A stretch of DNA of 22,805 bases from Methanobacteriota archaeon (GCA_018650165.1 JABIGM010000023.1:1-22805); one strand, 5' to 3'. Shown: positions 10,301 to 17,774, counted from the stretch's first letter. The notes: a model not told the origin generated them from the letters alone. Translations and numbers: made by a program.

Positions 10301-13300
10301 TCAGCAACCCAGGTATCAATGAAATTAGGAAGATTGAGCGATGGCATTGCCATTCGGTGATGTAACTCTACAGCGGTAGAGTTTGAACTTACATTCCAAG
10401 TCGTTAATTCAGGTAGGAGGAAGTGGAAGGAGTTTGACCAATTTCCAATTTGGTTTGTTGAAGTAGTCGCCCTTACTCGCCAATTCCAAGTATTTCCTGT
10501 TGCTAATTGCGTTGAGAGGTCGAAGGTCATATTTGCAATACTAAATCCAGTATCTGTCCAACTAGTTGCCATAATCAAATTTTGTGAATCAAAATTAGGA
10601 GAGGTGTCTAATTCGACGGACCATCCTCCAACAGTAATTCCGCTTGCACTGAAGTTCCATGAGAGTTGAGGGGTCTGGTCAGGCGCTAGATTCATTCCAG
10701 ATTCAATGGACCAAGAACCATTCAATGGAGAGAATGGAACAGGTTCAGCAGGGAGTGCATTAGAGCCCGGTACATACACAAATGAAATTTCTGGACGCTT
10801 AGTTGCATCAGCATTATTTGGATAGAACAGTGCACTTCGGTCATAACCGCTACCAACGCCTACAACTCCAAGAACCAAATCCACTTCTCGATTTTCTCGC
10901 ATTGCATTCTGTACAGCGAGAGTAATATCCAATTCTACCCAGTCACCGCTTGCATATGAGGTTCCGAGGGTTTCAGAATCGAGCAAACCTGCTCTCTCCC
11001 ATCCTTTAGCACCGGCTGTACCCCACGCGTTAACGCCGTCATATGTCGCCCAAGTTGCGCCATCTTCAGTCCAATTGTGCTGTTGACTTTCCCAGGCACC
11101 AATAATTGGAGATCCTGATGGGTAGTCATAAAGTTTCATTTTCAAGGTTGCTGTTTTCACAGCATATCCTGCAGGAAGTAGATGGCTAGTGAGGTCACAA
11201 CCAAGAAGGATTGCAGTTTCAGCAGGGAATGTATTGTACATGACTTGCATGTCACTTTCGCCATTGTAGTTACTTGTCGATGCTCCGCTGTCAATGTAGG
11301 TGTCCTTACAATTAGGGGCATCTCCGGCAGTAGTTGCATTACCATGGGATAATCGTAATCTGTGTTCATCACCGAGCAAATACTCAGATTCTAAGTTCGA
11401 GACAAGGAATGAAGAAGAATCCCACCACGAATGGTGGCCGTTAGAATTTCTTTGTGCTAATCTCCAGTGATACATTACGCCCTCATCGAGTGAGTTTGAA
11501 CCCGAAATCGACCAATTGCCATCAGATGGGGCAAAGTCATTATCGACAGCAGTATCAAACGAATGGATGATGTTTCTGTACTCAGCATCTGTTGAAATTT
11601 GCATAAGCATATCGCCACTCCATGTGATTGTGCCATCCCAAAGTAAAGTCGGAGTCGTATTACCTGACAAATTATTCACACTTACATTCCAGACTGAATG
11701 CCCATCAAGTGGTGATTGATGATTTGGAATGGTTGGAGGGCCACTACTGCCCCATGCATACATGATGTCGAGAGTTGGTTCACTACAACTTGTTGTTTCA
11801 GTAGAACATATTTTCACCCACTGAGTGGATGATTCGGCTATTCCAGAAGTTGAAGCTACCATCATTAATTCAAGAGACTCGGAAAGACTTGAACCTGCTT
11901 GGTTGGCTAGATTATTTTCGTCAATCCAATGCTGCACAGCCACAGTGATGTCAGAATCTATGCTGGACGACGTTTGGTCACCTACAAATGAACTTACGGA
12001 CATGGACGGTACTCTGCCCCCATCATCCCAGTAATATGAGCCGTTGTGTTTTCTCCATGTGACTCCGTTTTCAGTCCACTTTTCACCATCCATTACGTGG
12101 ACGCTAACCTTGGCCGAGCCGCTGTATGATTCACGAGTCATACCAAATGTAGCCGACATAACAGATGTGTTGCTGTGTAGTCCTATGTCGTCCAAATTCA
12201 ATCTTATCAAGCCGTACTGATCTGTACTCGATGATGAGCCTACAGTGAAATTTTCATCATTACCCATGTTACTATTCTTTGCAGCACCATTCGAATCTAT
12301 GTATGTGTCTTCAATGGTTTCTGCACTTATGCCAAGGTCGCTAAATCCAATAGAAATCGTGGCAGTATTGTTCCCATTGTCCGTGACGCTGTGCTTTGGA
12401 AGGTGGAAATAACCAATATTCCATTCGCCGATAGCATCGGTTGAATCGATAGAACGCATCCTGTAATACATAGTTGTAGCATTATCCAAAGCATCGCCCG
12501 AAGGTACTGTCATTACCCCATTACCGGAACTTAGAGTGAACATAGATGCATTGTCTTGAGTTGTATAGAACCAAGTATCGTCAGCACCAGTAAAGAAATT
12601 CTCGGCTAGTGAAAGTTGAACTTGGGCATTGGTTCCTGTTAGGCCCTCCCATGATAGTTCGGGGGTTGTTGCTGCAGTTAGGATAAATTGGTCTGAATCC
12701 ATTAGAGCCGCACCATCTTCAACGAAATTTGGGGTCAATGAGCCACCATTGGCGTGAGTGCCATTTTGGTGGATAACTTCGAGATATGGCCTGCTGTTAG
12801 TATCACTTGATTCGGACATGTGACACTCATACTCAGAGTCCGTTGCTGCCAAAATTAAATCGAAAGTACTACGATTATTGATTACTGCATCTTGTACCAC
12901 AGCAGTCACATTTATCGAAAATGTATGATTGGCGTACCCCTGGAATGGGGGCTCCCAGTCACTATGGTCGGAGGTTGCATCTGCCCCAGGCAGGCCCCAA
13001 TTGGAGCCGGAATCTGGATTATTCCAATTTGCATTTGATTCACTCCATGACCGTTTCATCTTTGAATTGTAAATACTAATTGTTTCAAGATTAACTGGGT
13101 CAATGCCACACGTTAATTTTAGATTTGCAGAACTTACTGTGTCACCAGTCGAGATTGTATTATTGAACGAAATTAGTATCCTTGATTCACCACTTGTCGA
13201 CGCCCCCAATCCAACAGTCCCTTCATTTCCATAATTCGTGGACGGGTTGGCTGAATCAAGAGCAGTGTCCTTATTAGCATTAGTCGTAGATGTGGTTTGA

Positions 13301-13440
13301 GACATTGTGTCATCATCAAGAAGTATATCATTTGACCAATCTGGTACTGCTTGTGGGAGAGCGATATCGGCAAATAAAAACATCAAAACCATTACTAGTG
13401 AACTTACGATTCTTCGGCGGTCGCGGGTGTTCGATAACAT
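4354..13440 (-). CDS. Giant cell-surface (glyco)protein: 7 DNRLRE/CBM96-like domains alternating with FN3/Ig-like linkers, 8 Ig-like stalk repeats, TM anchor, acidic/Pro-Gly/Trp-rich tail (3028 aa)
   Basis: Signal peptide. Seven repeats begin with D-[TSA]-x-[ILV]-x-[SDT] (DTALDS, DTYIDS, DTYIDS, DTWVADS, DTYLDT, DATIDS, DSYIGS), contain A-x-L-x-L and W-x-[EQ]-x-x-x-[TN]-W cores, and end in [RKE]-P-x-L/I. Many N-x-S/T sequons. TM segment GVLGILVIIVLLVVVVMVL. Confidence 0.85.
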   Translation of the reverse strand: MLSNTRDRRRIVSSLVMVLMFLFADIALPQAVPDWSNDILLDDDTMSQTTSTTNANKDTALDSANPSTNYGNEGTVGLGASTSGESRILISFNNTISTGDTVSSANLKLTCGIDPVNLETISIYNSKMKRSWSESNANWNNPDSGSNWGLPGADATSDHSDWEPPFQGYANHTFSINVTAVVQDAVINNRSTFDLILAATDSEYECHMSESSDTNSRPYLEVIHQNGTHANGGSLTPNFVEDGAALMDSDQFILTAATTPELSWEGLTGTNAQVQLSLAENFFTGADDTWFYTTQDNASMFTLSSGNGVMTVPSGDALDNATTMYYRMRSIDSTDAIGEWNIGYFHLPKHSVTDNGNNTATISIGFSDLGISAETIEDTYIDSNGAAKNSNMGNDENFTVGSSSSTDQYGLIRLNLDDIGLHSNTSVMSATFGMTRESYSGSAKVSVHVMDGEKWTENGVTWRKHNGSYYWDDGGRVPSMSVSSFVGDQTSSSIDSDITVAVQHWIDENNLANQAGSSLSESLELMMVASTSGIAESSTQWVKICSTETTSCSEPTLDIMYAWGSSGPPTIPNHQSPLDGHSVWNVSVNNLSGNTTPTLLWDGTITWSGDMLMQISTDAEYRNIIHSFDTAVDNDFAPSDGNWSISGSNSLDEGVMYHWRLAQRNSNGHHSWWDSSSFLVSNLESEYLLGDEHRLRLSHGNATTAGDAPNCKDTYIDSGASTSNYNGESDMQVMYNTFPAETAILLGCDLTSHLLPAGYAVKTATLKMKLYDYPSGSPIIGAWESQQHNWTEDGATWATYDGVNAWGTAGAKGWERAGLLDSETLGTSYASGDWVELDITLAVQNAMRENREVDLVLGVVGVGSGYDRSALFYPNNADATKRPEISFVYVPGSNALPAEPVPFSPLNGSWSIESGMNLAPDQTPQLSWNFSASGITVGGWSVELDTSPNFDSQNLIMATSWTDTGFSIANMTFDLSTQLATGNTWNWRVRATTSTNQIGNWSNSFHFLLPELTTWNVSSNSTAVELHHRMAMPSLNLPNFIDTWVADSGIGANADQSSSTNITVGTSSSGEDATGLLKIPLTELPNPQNAHVSEAVLNLYAEFGSDTGNAVSIHPALVGWNTSANGTTYDGSNNWSLPGAMGASDKGQMSDIKGSASADWMNFDVTELVQAALANGETHLSLVIVGSIGEGQTIFTSTAGTSSDRPWLNLTWTSGSAASPEIAGANSNPTIDEIIWDTSTHALLPGDTPNFTWTHSNSANVDDWKIFLWNDYSDDREGWTVYDSRDSAEGWDITNMTWTPQSNLSSGNSYEWFVQPITNDILGARGSDTIFHIPANTGSSVNSTDAYINLQEGQIVDALDYPAIFMDTYLDTGSSNSAYESGNELIIGRSNVTTSRNHYTESIMMIDWSTMPIPGSHEMIGAEIELHKISGGEFNQETVRVAVCEIQDAWNQNATMNGPTGNNSAWTNPKCDVPFEIVSMDYQDNYVTLDVTYAVQHAHAAGLDKVSLMFWIVDDTDDEWHFASSDYNIDKSKRPELKLEWRTGTQWLPSSPSGLTPADGTTVWNQTASRPRGADDVTLNWSGVESNETRWVIQSSKTPLFTAENETWLYDLTDNETFNGTWSYSELAYTSPDNITWGDYWVYWRVRAEQDHRLGTWSGVNSFRVPGALGTDDGAGNHSITLYDGSVFSETTSLPGVPDATIDSNRASNSLGNNGRLELGISSGGSGESMVMLSFDLSELPFPAAMTPTSALLSLYRVNVTGTSSLTVSAHACDTFSESSVTWNNAPSCLSSEITRSTMLIVPPNGWQVWDLTSLAQSNIANGNTTMTIMLKSVGTPMSGHSFYDNLHSGSLKPKLVLDYVDNVDGVIPPAQPVLTYPADGAILYNTSTWVLESLDRPQLTWNSVTNATGYVVTIAKTDGQQTYKSWQNSEINGTTFTFSQDLVAGDVYSWWVQAINGSIPGPSSSRRTFAIGSPVNHSYNFDNTWTYLFQTGNEVAELGHTNVRDSYIGSGYANQNHGSESLMVGTNCEGANSECRMIVGLDNGQVPLPPGAKIHSASIQLNIESAPAGFLTLSVHKLLTNSWTQSGSTWNDSASGIPWNTGGMAPGVEYDANPISTTTITAGVTNVWLELGHSGMLIDGDHAWVIIGTSLAGAPAWVEFFSSESALNLRPVIHMNYTDVHSVSVSPGGSTTDADTTVQFSHILNDAVGGMISEGVVWSSSSGSIDAAGLFTPEHVGIHSITACFGVICATESITVTPGEPDTLVVEDTEETITADNSFTITAVIHDQHGNIVPGMTITYTPSNGTMTGTTFYPYNSGTQTVTVGWIGQTVDVIIEVVGGLPTNYVTTGCEDVVHAGETCQLNWTLHDQFGNLLDLSVGGGITWTAGGGTFTESNGTYFAMTVGNYNIDMLSTGGIAHQISITVEHGMMVSLEVDASETYVTADDIVLLNTTRIDVMGNRLSVELPLANWTVSDGMIVAGQPAEWHAQRRGSKTLTASYAGMESSVIIQVEEGAITGLVLVIDSIDSTWTNNSITADDELTVKVKAEDYDGNRWTENVVWSIEHIQFSDQSVLQEMTYGSTTLFVPIFSSDFAYKLLATYTDENITLEVALNITVSQGSLVKLSVPGPGDAEQNIDADNQLQFSPQLFDNDNNAIDPSIVEYTLTNTDTDETQNITSIIVGNGGIWEASTVGNWEITAWAISENGYNITNTSVIHVSHGDAESVDIDVIANSAKAGDEYTLTITGTDADGNTFLESVLWTQLSLPNTWKTVPASTIEGGDGIYNWSASVAGDHTFKFRSPSGAESEWTVTVTPHQTVSLIEFEIVDNSVAQLESFEIDVQTFDAWGNEIPVPPETQVKLTGRMTAKAGENGHWTITTLDDKEQTVTISVHNVEKSDTIMVEGNIMGFFESGGPIYYAGGVLGILVIIVLLVVVVMVLRSGGSEYDDEDDDDYDDDYDESEATQEPGPVGPGPVGPGPGGPPPSAEPQQEDWMSDFRVDEDGTEWAEDKDGIWWYRDAGTTDWNEWAD
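4492..4545 (-). repeat. Pro-Gly low-complexity repeat (PGPVG)2-PGPGG-PPP in the cytoplasmic tail of the giant protein
   Basis: Translation PGPVGPGPVGPGPGGPPP; codons are diversified, so the repeat is at the protein level. Confidence 0.75.
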
Positions 13441-13530
13441 TGGGCTCGGACTACCACTGGAGGAGGGGGTATAGGTTCCTTTCGGCTGGCCACCCGTAGG
13501 GTGGCCGGAGATATTTTCTATTATCTTGGA

Positions 13531-13548
13531 AAAAGCGAAGGTTCAAGG
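13531..13548 (+). promoter_or_regulatory. Putative BRE/TATA-like promoter of rfcS (AAAAGCGAAGGTTCAAGG)
   Basis: TTCAA lies 27 nt upstream of ATG 13574; a similar motif and spacing occur before several other genes in the window. Confidence 0.5.
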
Positions 13549-13573
13549 TCGTCCTACAATGACCTTGGATGGT

Positions 13574-14527
13574 ATGAGCGAACTTTGGGTTGAACGCCAC
13601 CGTCCTCGGACAGTTGGTGACATTCGTGGCCAAGCCTCAGTGGTACAAAGATTAGCCTCGTATGCCAAACTAGCGGACTTCCCCCATCTACTATTCGCAG
13701 GACCTCCGGGTACAGGTAAAACCACGGCTGCAATGGCCCTGACGAGAGATGTTTTTGGTGATGATTTTCGAAATAATTTGCTCGAGATGAATGCGAGCGA
13801 TGAACGCAAACTTGAGAGTATTCGAACAAAAGTCAAACAATTCGCTAGGACCGCTCCTTATGGCGGTGCCGAATTCAAGATAATTTTCCTTGATGAAGCC
13901 GATGCTTTGACCCATGACGCCCAGGGCGCATTGCGAAGAATAATGGAGCAATATGCGCAGACTTGTCGATTTATTCTATCGTGTAATTATTCCAGTAAGA
14001 TCATCGAGCCAATTCAAAGTCGGTGTGCGGTTTTTCGTTTCCGCCCATTAGCAGATGTTGATGTTCTTGACCAAGTTAAATCCGTTGCAAAATTAGAGGG
14101 GGTTGGCCTTGAAGATGAAGCTGCTGATGCATTGGTTAGAATCTCGCAGGGAGATTTACGCAAAGCAATCACTGCTCTTCAGGTGGCAGCAGCACTTGAG
14201 AAGAATATTTCGCGCACTCTGATTTATGAAACCAGTGCAACAGCGCCCCCAGAATCACTTCATCAATACCTGATGGCATGTAAACAGGATGGATTTCACG
14301 CAGCACGACGGAGGCTTCGTGAATTACTAGACCGATACGGACTTGCAGGAACAGACTTCGTTAACCAACTCCACCGCGAATTATATGGTGCAGATTTCCT
14401 TTCTGAAATTCAAAAACTCGAACTTACGGAATTGATGGCTGAAATCGACTTTAGGCTAGTTGAAGGCGGAGGGGAATCAATTCAACTTGATGCCCTAACT
14501 GCTCGTCTTTCAATTCTCCTCAGTTGA
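13574..14527 (+). CDS. rfcS: Replication factor C small subunit (clamp loader), 317 aa, no intein
   Basis: MSELWVERHRP, Walker A GPPGTGKT, LEMNASDER, Walker B IIFLDEADALT, SRC motif (IQSRC), GDLRKAI. Start moved from the track's TTG 13526 to ATG 13574. Confidence 0.96.
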   Translation: MSELWVERHRPRTVGDIRGQASVVQRLASYAKLADFPHLLFAGPPGTGKTTAAMALTRDVFGDDFRNNLLEMNASDERKLESIRTKVKQFARTAPYGGAEFKIIFLDEADALTHDAQGALRRIMEQYAQTCRFILSCNYSSKIIEPIQSRCAVFRFRPLADVDVLDQVKSVAKLEGVGLEDEAADALVRISQGDLRKAITALQVAAALEKNISRTLIYETSATAPPESLHQYLMACKQDGFHAARRRLRELLDRYGLAGTDFVNQLHRELYGADFLSEIQKLELTELMAEIDFRLVEGGGESIQLDALTARLSILLS

Positions 14528-15400
14528 GTCTTCTACTACGGGTGCATCGACAGTTAATGTAAGCTCAACAGTACGTGAGTTTTCCCATGGATCTCCATCT
14601 TCTACAACTTCAATAACCAATGAATATGTACCAACAGGTAATTCTTCTGGTACCTTTATCGCGACTGGATAATCTATGTCTTCATGGGCACGGATTGCAT
14701 CGGAAGCCGCCGTGGCACTTGAGCCTAAATCTGCCCACACATTCACGGGCTTGGAAATTTCAGTATTGGTATCACCAACGATGCTATAAAACGTAAATGT
14801 ATATTCGGAATCTTCTGCTAAATTGTTGTCACTAAACGCGAGAACTACATATTGTTCGCCAGAATATCCCTCTTCTAGTGAAATTGAACCACTCTTCGAT
14901 TTGGAATGGTCAAACTCTTCACCATCAGTCGAGGAAATCATACCCCATCCATTATCCACCTGAGGTGCTACAATATCTGCAAATGGGGCATTTGTTAGTA
15001 GAAAAGTCAGAGCAAGCCATGTGAATATGTGCATAAATGATGCTTTGAACCATGTTCCTTTTGTATAATGTTCAACAAATCGTTCAGGCATAACAGCCCG
15101 ATGAACAGAGGGTAATAGGAAAATCCCGAGCATCGGTATAAACCAAAGCATGTCAACATTATCCTGTGCATTTGGCATAGCTACATATCGCATCAGCAAT
15201 GCCATTGTTGCGGCGAAAGTAATGACTAGCCACATAGACGCAGTATCTGCTTTTTCTTTTGATACATGCTTGACTGGATCGAACGCTTCTATTCCCATAT
15301 TGGCCCCAGTACGGTTCTTCTTCCTCTCTTTACCATCACCCGTACCGCGCTTACGTCGCTCGGCAGCAGCAGCAGCCATAGCAGTATTGATGTCGACCAT
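14510..15400 (-). CDS. Hypothetical membrane protein: basic N-terminus, about 4 TM helices, C-terminal beta-rich (Ig-like) domain (296 aa)
   Basis: Long ORF with hydrophobic segments; TTCAT promoter-like motif 25 nt upstream; 18-bp convergent overlap with rfcS. Confidence 0.75.
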   Translation of the reverse strand: MVDINTAMAAAAAERRKRGTGDGKERKKNRTGANMGIEAFDPVKHVSKEKADTASMWLVITFAATMALLMRYVAMPNAQDNVDMLWFIPMLGIFLLPSVHRAVMPERFVEHYTKGTWFKASFMHIFTWLALTFLLTNAPFADIVAPQVDNGWGMISSTDGEEFDHSKSKSGSISLEEGYSGEQYVVLAFSDNNLAEDSEYTFTFYSIVGDTNTEISKPVNVWADLGSSATAASDAIRAHEDIDYPVAIKVPEELPVGTYSLVIEVVEDGDPWENSRTVELTLTVDAPVVEDSTEEN

Positions 15401-15550
15401 TGGTTTGGCGAACAGTTCCCAGTGAATGAAGGCTGTGGTCGGATTTGGGACGAAATGTTTGCGAACTGTGTTGAAAATAGTTCACATCAAGTGTTTGTGC
15501 TGTGCGAGGCCGCATCCTTCAAAGAGGTGTGGTCGGTGGGCGAACTACTT

Positions 15551-15679
15551 GCCGGGGTGGCGTAGTTGGTGGCGCGTCGGACTCATAGGGCAGCTCTTCG
15601 GAGCTAATTGAGACGTACCAAAGCCCCTTCTCATGTCTGAGACATCCGAAGGTCGCGGGTTCAAGCCCCGCTCCCGGCA
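15551..15679 (+). tRNA. tRNA-Met(CAT), probably elongator, with a canonical 37/38 intron
   Basis: Acceptor GCCGGGG/TCCCGGC, D-arm GCGT/GCGC, anticodon stem TCGGA/TCCGA with CT-CAT-A^A, T-arm GCGGG-TTCAAGC-CCCGC, discriminator A. CCA is not encoded. 73 nt after splicing. Confidence 0.95.
15588..15643 (+). other. 56-nt tRNA intron with bulge-helix-bulge splice motif
   Basis: Central helix CTCA(15582-85)/TGAG(15638-41), 3-nt bulges TA^G and AC^A, outer helix GGCA/TGTC. Confidence 0.9.
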
Positions 15680-15680
15680 C

Positions 15681-15711
15681 TTATTTTCATATAATTTCAC
15701 CAATTTATTTT
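15681..15711 (+). terminator. T-rich stretch after the tRNA, possible archaeal oligo-T terminator
   Basis: TTATTTTCATATAATTTCACCAATTTATTTT immediately 3' of the tRNA. Confidence 0.4.
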
Positions 15712-15780
15712 GATGATACTAACCCTACCTCAAAATGAGAGCACTTGAATAAATACCTTTGAGTGGAGCGAATGGGTTGT

Positions 15781-16143
15781 TCAAACGGACCGGTCTTCCA
15801 GTAGTTCTAAAGGAATAATTTGCAATGCCTTGATGTTTGTAGCTTCAAGGTCAACAGGGCAAGCCATCCCCTGGTTCAGTGCATCTAGCCATGTTCTTGC
15901 ACAAACACACCAAGAGTCTCCTGGTTTCAGTCCGGGGAAATCGAATTGTGGCATTGGTGTGATCAAATCATTGCCTTGTATTTTGGCGAATTCCAGAAAC
16001 TCTTCAGTTACAATACAACAAACAGTATGGGATCCAATATCCCTCTCGTCGGTTTTACAACTACCATCTCTATACCAACCAGTCATAGGTTTGCAAGAGC
16101 ATTCGCCAATTTCTTGACCTAGTACATTTTTTTGTATCGCCAC
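15781..16143 (-). CDS. DUF2237 family protein (120 aa)
   Basis: Family motifs NVLG..L/I..C...PMTGWYRDG.C, G.HTVC, FL.F....GNDLITP.P.F.FPGLKPGD.WC.C; GTG start. Confidence 0.9.
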   Translation of the reverse strand: MAIQKNVLGQEIGECSCKPMTGWYRDGSCKTDERDIGSHTVCCIVTEEFLEFAKIQGNDLITPMPQFDFPGLKPGDSWCVCARTWLDALNQGMACPVDLEATNIKALQIIPLELLEDRSV

Positions 16144-16190
16144 ATTACTTCGTGAGAAATGTCATACTTCAAATTGTGTATTGTTCTTCC

Positions 16191-16349
16191 TCATTCCTCA
16201 CTTGAATCAGTTCTGCGATTTTGGCGAATTGACTTCTTCAGTATGAACTCAATATGAGCATTCAGTGAACGAAAATCGTCTTCAGCCCATCTTCTTAGGT
16301 CCTCGTGAAGTTTTGGGTCGAGCCTCAAAAGAATCTTTTTTTTCTCCAT
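16191..16349 (-). CDS. Arc-like ribbon-helix-helix DNA-binding protein (52 aa), absent from the ORF track
   Basis: Manual translation MEKKKILLRLDPKLHEDLRRWAEDDFRSLNAHIEFILKKSIRQNRRTDSSEE*; Arc pattern LRL-x-x-x-L-x-x-x-L-x-x-x-A-x-x-x-x-RS-x-N-x-x-I; SD GGGGTG 5 nt upstream. Confidence 0.9.
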   Translation of the reverse strand: MEKKKILLRLDPKLHEDLRRWAEDDFRSLNAHIEFILKKSIRQNRRTDSSEE

Positions 16350-16364
16350 TTCGACACCCCAATA

Positions 16365-16601
16365 TTATCTCGCTACTACCGTAAGGAAAATTATTGCTAG
16401 CATGGAACCCCAAATCGAAAGATGGATTAACCACAAATTTCTTTTTTGTTTGGACTTTTCATTTACATCTGGGACATATAGTTCTACGAATCTACATTGT
16501 GTGCATGAAATCATCATCAACCCTTCAGTGCCTTGAATGCGAGCCTTCTTTTCCGGTGTTAAACCGATGCTTCCACACTTGGTACATTTTCCATTCTTCA
16601 T
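16365..16601 (-). CDS. Small Zn-ribbon protein with C-terminal TM helix (78 aa)
   Basis: CTKC...CTQCRFVELY followed by a hydrophobic LWLIHLSIWGSMLAIIFLTVV. ATG 16601 has the SD GAGGT and lies 5 nt after the upstream stop, so the track's 128-aa version is over-extended. Confidence 0.7.
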   Translation of the reverse strand: MKNGKCTKCGSIGLTPEKKARIQGTEGLMMISCTQCRFVELYVPDVNEKSKQKRNLWLIHLSIWGSMLAIIFLTVVAR

Positions 16602-16606
16602 TTCCT

Positions 16607-16816
16607 TTACCTCTTGAAGATTAGACTTGAAGCGATTGTTAGAATACTTAGCCCTACCAATAATATCATCGTAAACCAGAATCCCTTTGGAGATTCTTCT
16701 CTTGTTTTCCAACCCTTTCCTTTGTGATGACAACCCTGGTGTACCCAACAATATCCTACGTAAAGTAGCATAAGGGCAGGTCCAATGAAATTTATCAAAG
16801 ATCTAGGTTCAAGCAT
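16607..16816 (-). CDS. Small two-TM membrane protein (69 aa)
   Basis: Two hydrophobic helices flanking a basic loop (HQGCHHKGKGWKTREESPKG); fits tightly between the SPFH stop (10-nt gap) and the next start (5-nt gap). Confidence 0.7.
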   Translation of the reverse strand: MLEPRSLINFIGPALMLLYVGYCWVHQGCHHKGKGWKTREESPKGFWFTMILLVGLSILTIASSLIFKR

Positions 16817-16826
16817 CTAAATCCGC

Positions 16827-17747
16827 TCACTGGTACAATGTTCCTGTGTTTACTACAGGTGTTGTGTCAGATTCAGAACAAAGGACAACTAGTAGGTTAC
16901 TTACCATTGTAGCTTTCTTATCTTCATCAAATTCGATGATGCCTTTGCTACTTAGTTGGTTAAGTGCCAATTCGACCATTCCAACCGCACCAGCGACAAT
17001 CTCGTGGCGTGCAGCTACAACAGCACTTGCTTGCTGACGGCGTAGCATAGCCTGTGCGATTTCAGTAGAATATGCTAGGTAACTGATTCTTGCTTCAAGA
17101 ACCTGAATTCCTGCTCGTGCTAGGCGTGCCTCAACTGACTTCTGTAATTCCTTAGCAATTACATCCTGGTTACTTGAGAGAGTGATTCCTCCTATGTCCT
17201 TCTCTTCGATTGCATCGTAAGGATATCTTGTTGCCATTTCACGTAGTGCAGCCTCACTTTGAATCTGGACATAGTGACCATAGTTCTCTACTTCGAACAT
17301 GGCCTCTGCAGCATCATACACTCTCCATACTACTACAGCTGCAATGTCGATTGGGTTTGCATTGACATCGTTTACCTTTAGTTTACTAGATTCGAAGTTA
17401 TTGATCTTGAAAGACATCTTTGATTTCTGATAAAGTGGGTTTAGGAAGAATTGGAATCCTTCAGTCTTAATAGTAGATTTGTACTTCCCGAAGAATTGTG
17501 TAACAACGGCTTCGTTCGGATTAACTATGACGTATGAGTTCCACATTACTAGCCACAACGGACCAGTGATTATGAGTAGTGCTGCACCTGGTCCTGTGAA
17601 CAGAAGGCCGATGTTTACAATACTCAATATTAAGTGTAAAAGTAATCCAAGAAAACCATTGATGGCACTCCCTGGTTTGTCTTTGAATTGTGGTTCATTT
17701 GCTGGCATCGAGTTTTGCGCCGGTATTGTTACGGATGTAGGCTGCAT
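16827..17747 (-). CDS. SPFH/Band-7 domain membrane protein (306 aa)
   Basis: Two N-terminal TM helices, VNPNEAVVTQFFGKY, KLKVNDVNANPIDIAAVVVWRV, QSEAALR, AMLRRQQASAVVAAR, MVSNLLVVLC...PVVNTGTLY. Confidence 0.93.
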   Translation of the reverse strand: MQPTSVTIPAQNSMPANEPQFKDKPGSAINGFLGLLLHLILSIVNIGLLFTGPGAALLIITGPLWLVMWNSYVIVNPNEAVVTQFFGKYKSTIKTEGFQFFLNPLYQKSKMSFKINNFESSKLKVNDVNANPIDIAAVVVWRVYDAAEAMFEVENYGHYVQIQSEAALREMATRYPYDAIEEKDIGGITLSSNQDVIAKELQKSVEARLARAGIQVLEARISYLAYSTEIAQAMLRRQQASAVVAARHEIVAGAVGMVELALNQLSSKGIIEFDEDKKATMVSNLLVVLCSESDTTPVVNTGTLYQ

Positions 17748-17774
17748 GTTATGGCCGATGAACCACTCGTACTT

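Noticed and set aside
13526-13573. N-terminal TTG extension of rfcS in the ORF track
   Set aside because: RFC-S homology starts at MSELWVE, and the extension contains the promoter-like motif
13700-13760. Possible intein in RFC small subunit (common insertion site near Walker A)
   Set aside because: The sequence is continuous (GPPGTGKTTAAMAL) and the length is normal at 317 aa
15710-15780. Box C/D sRNA (TGATGA at about 15711) next to tRNA-Met
   Set aside because: No CTGA D or D' boxes and no extended complementarity to the pre-tRNA
16336-16343. A8 homopolymer at the start of the RHH gene as a phase-variation switch
   Set aside because: Explained by Lys codons (EKKK), in frame, and too short to argue for slippage without read data
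16602-16751. 128-aa version of the Zn-ribbon ORF
   Set aside because: It overlaps the 69-aa membrane gene in another frame; the internal ATG 16601 has a proper SD
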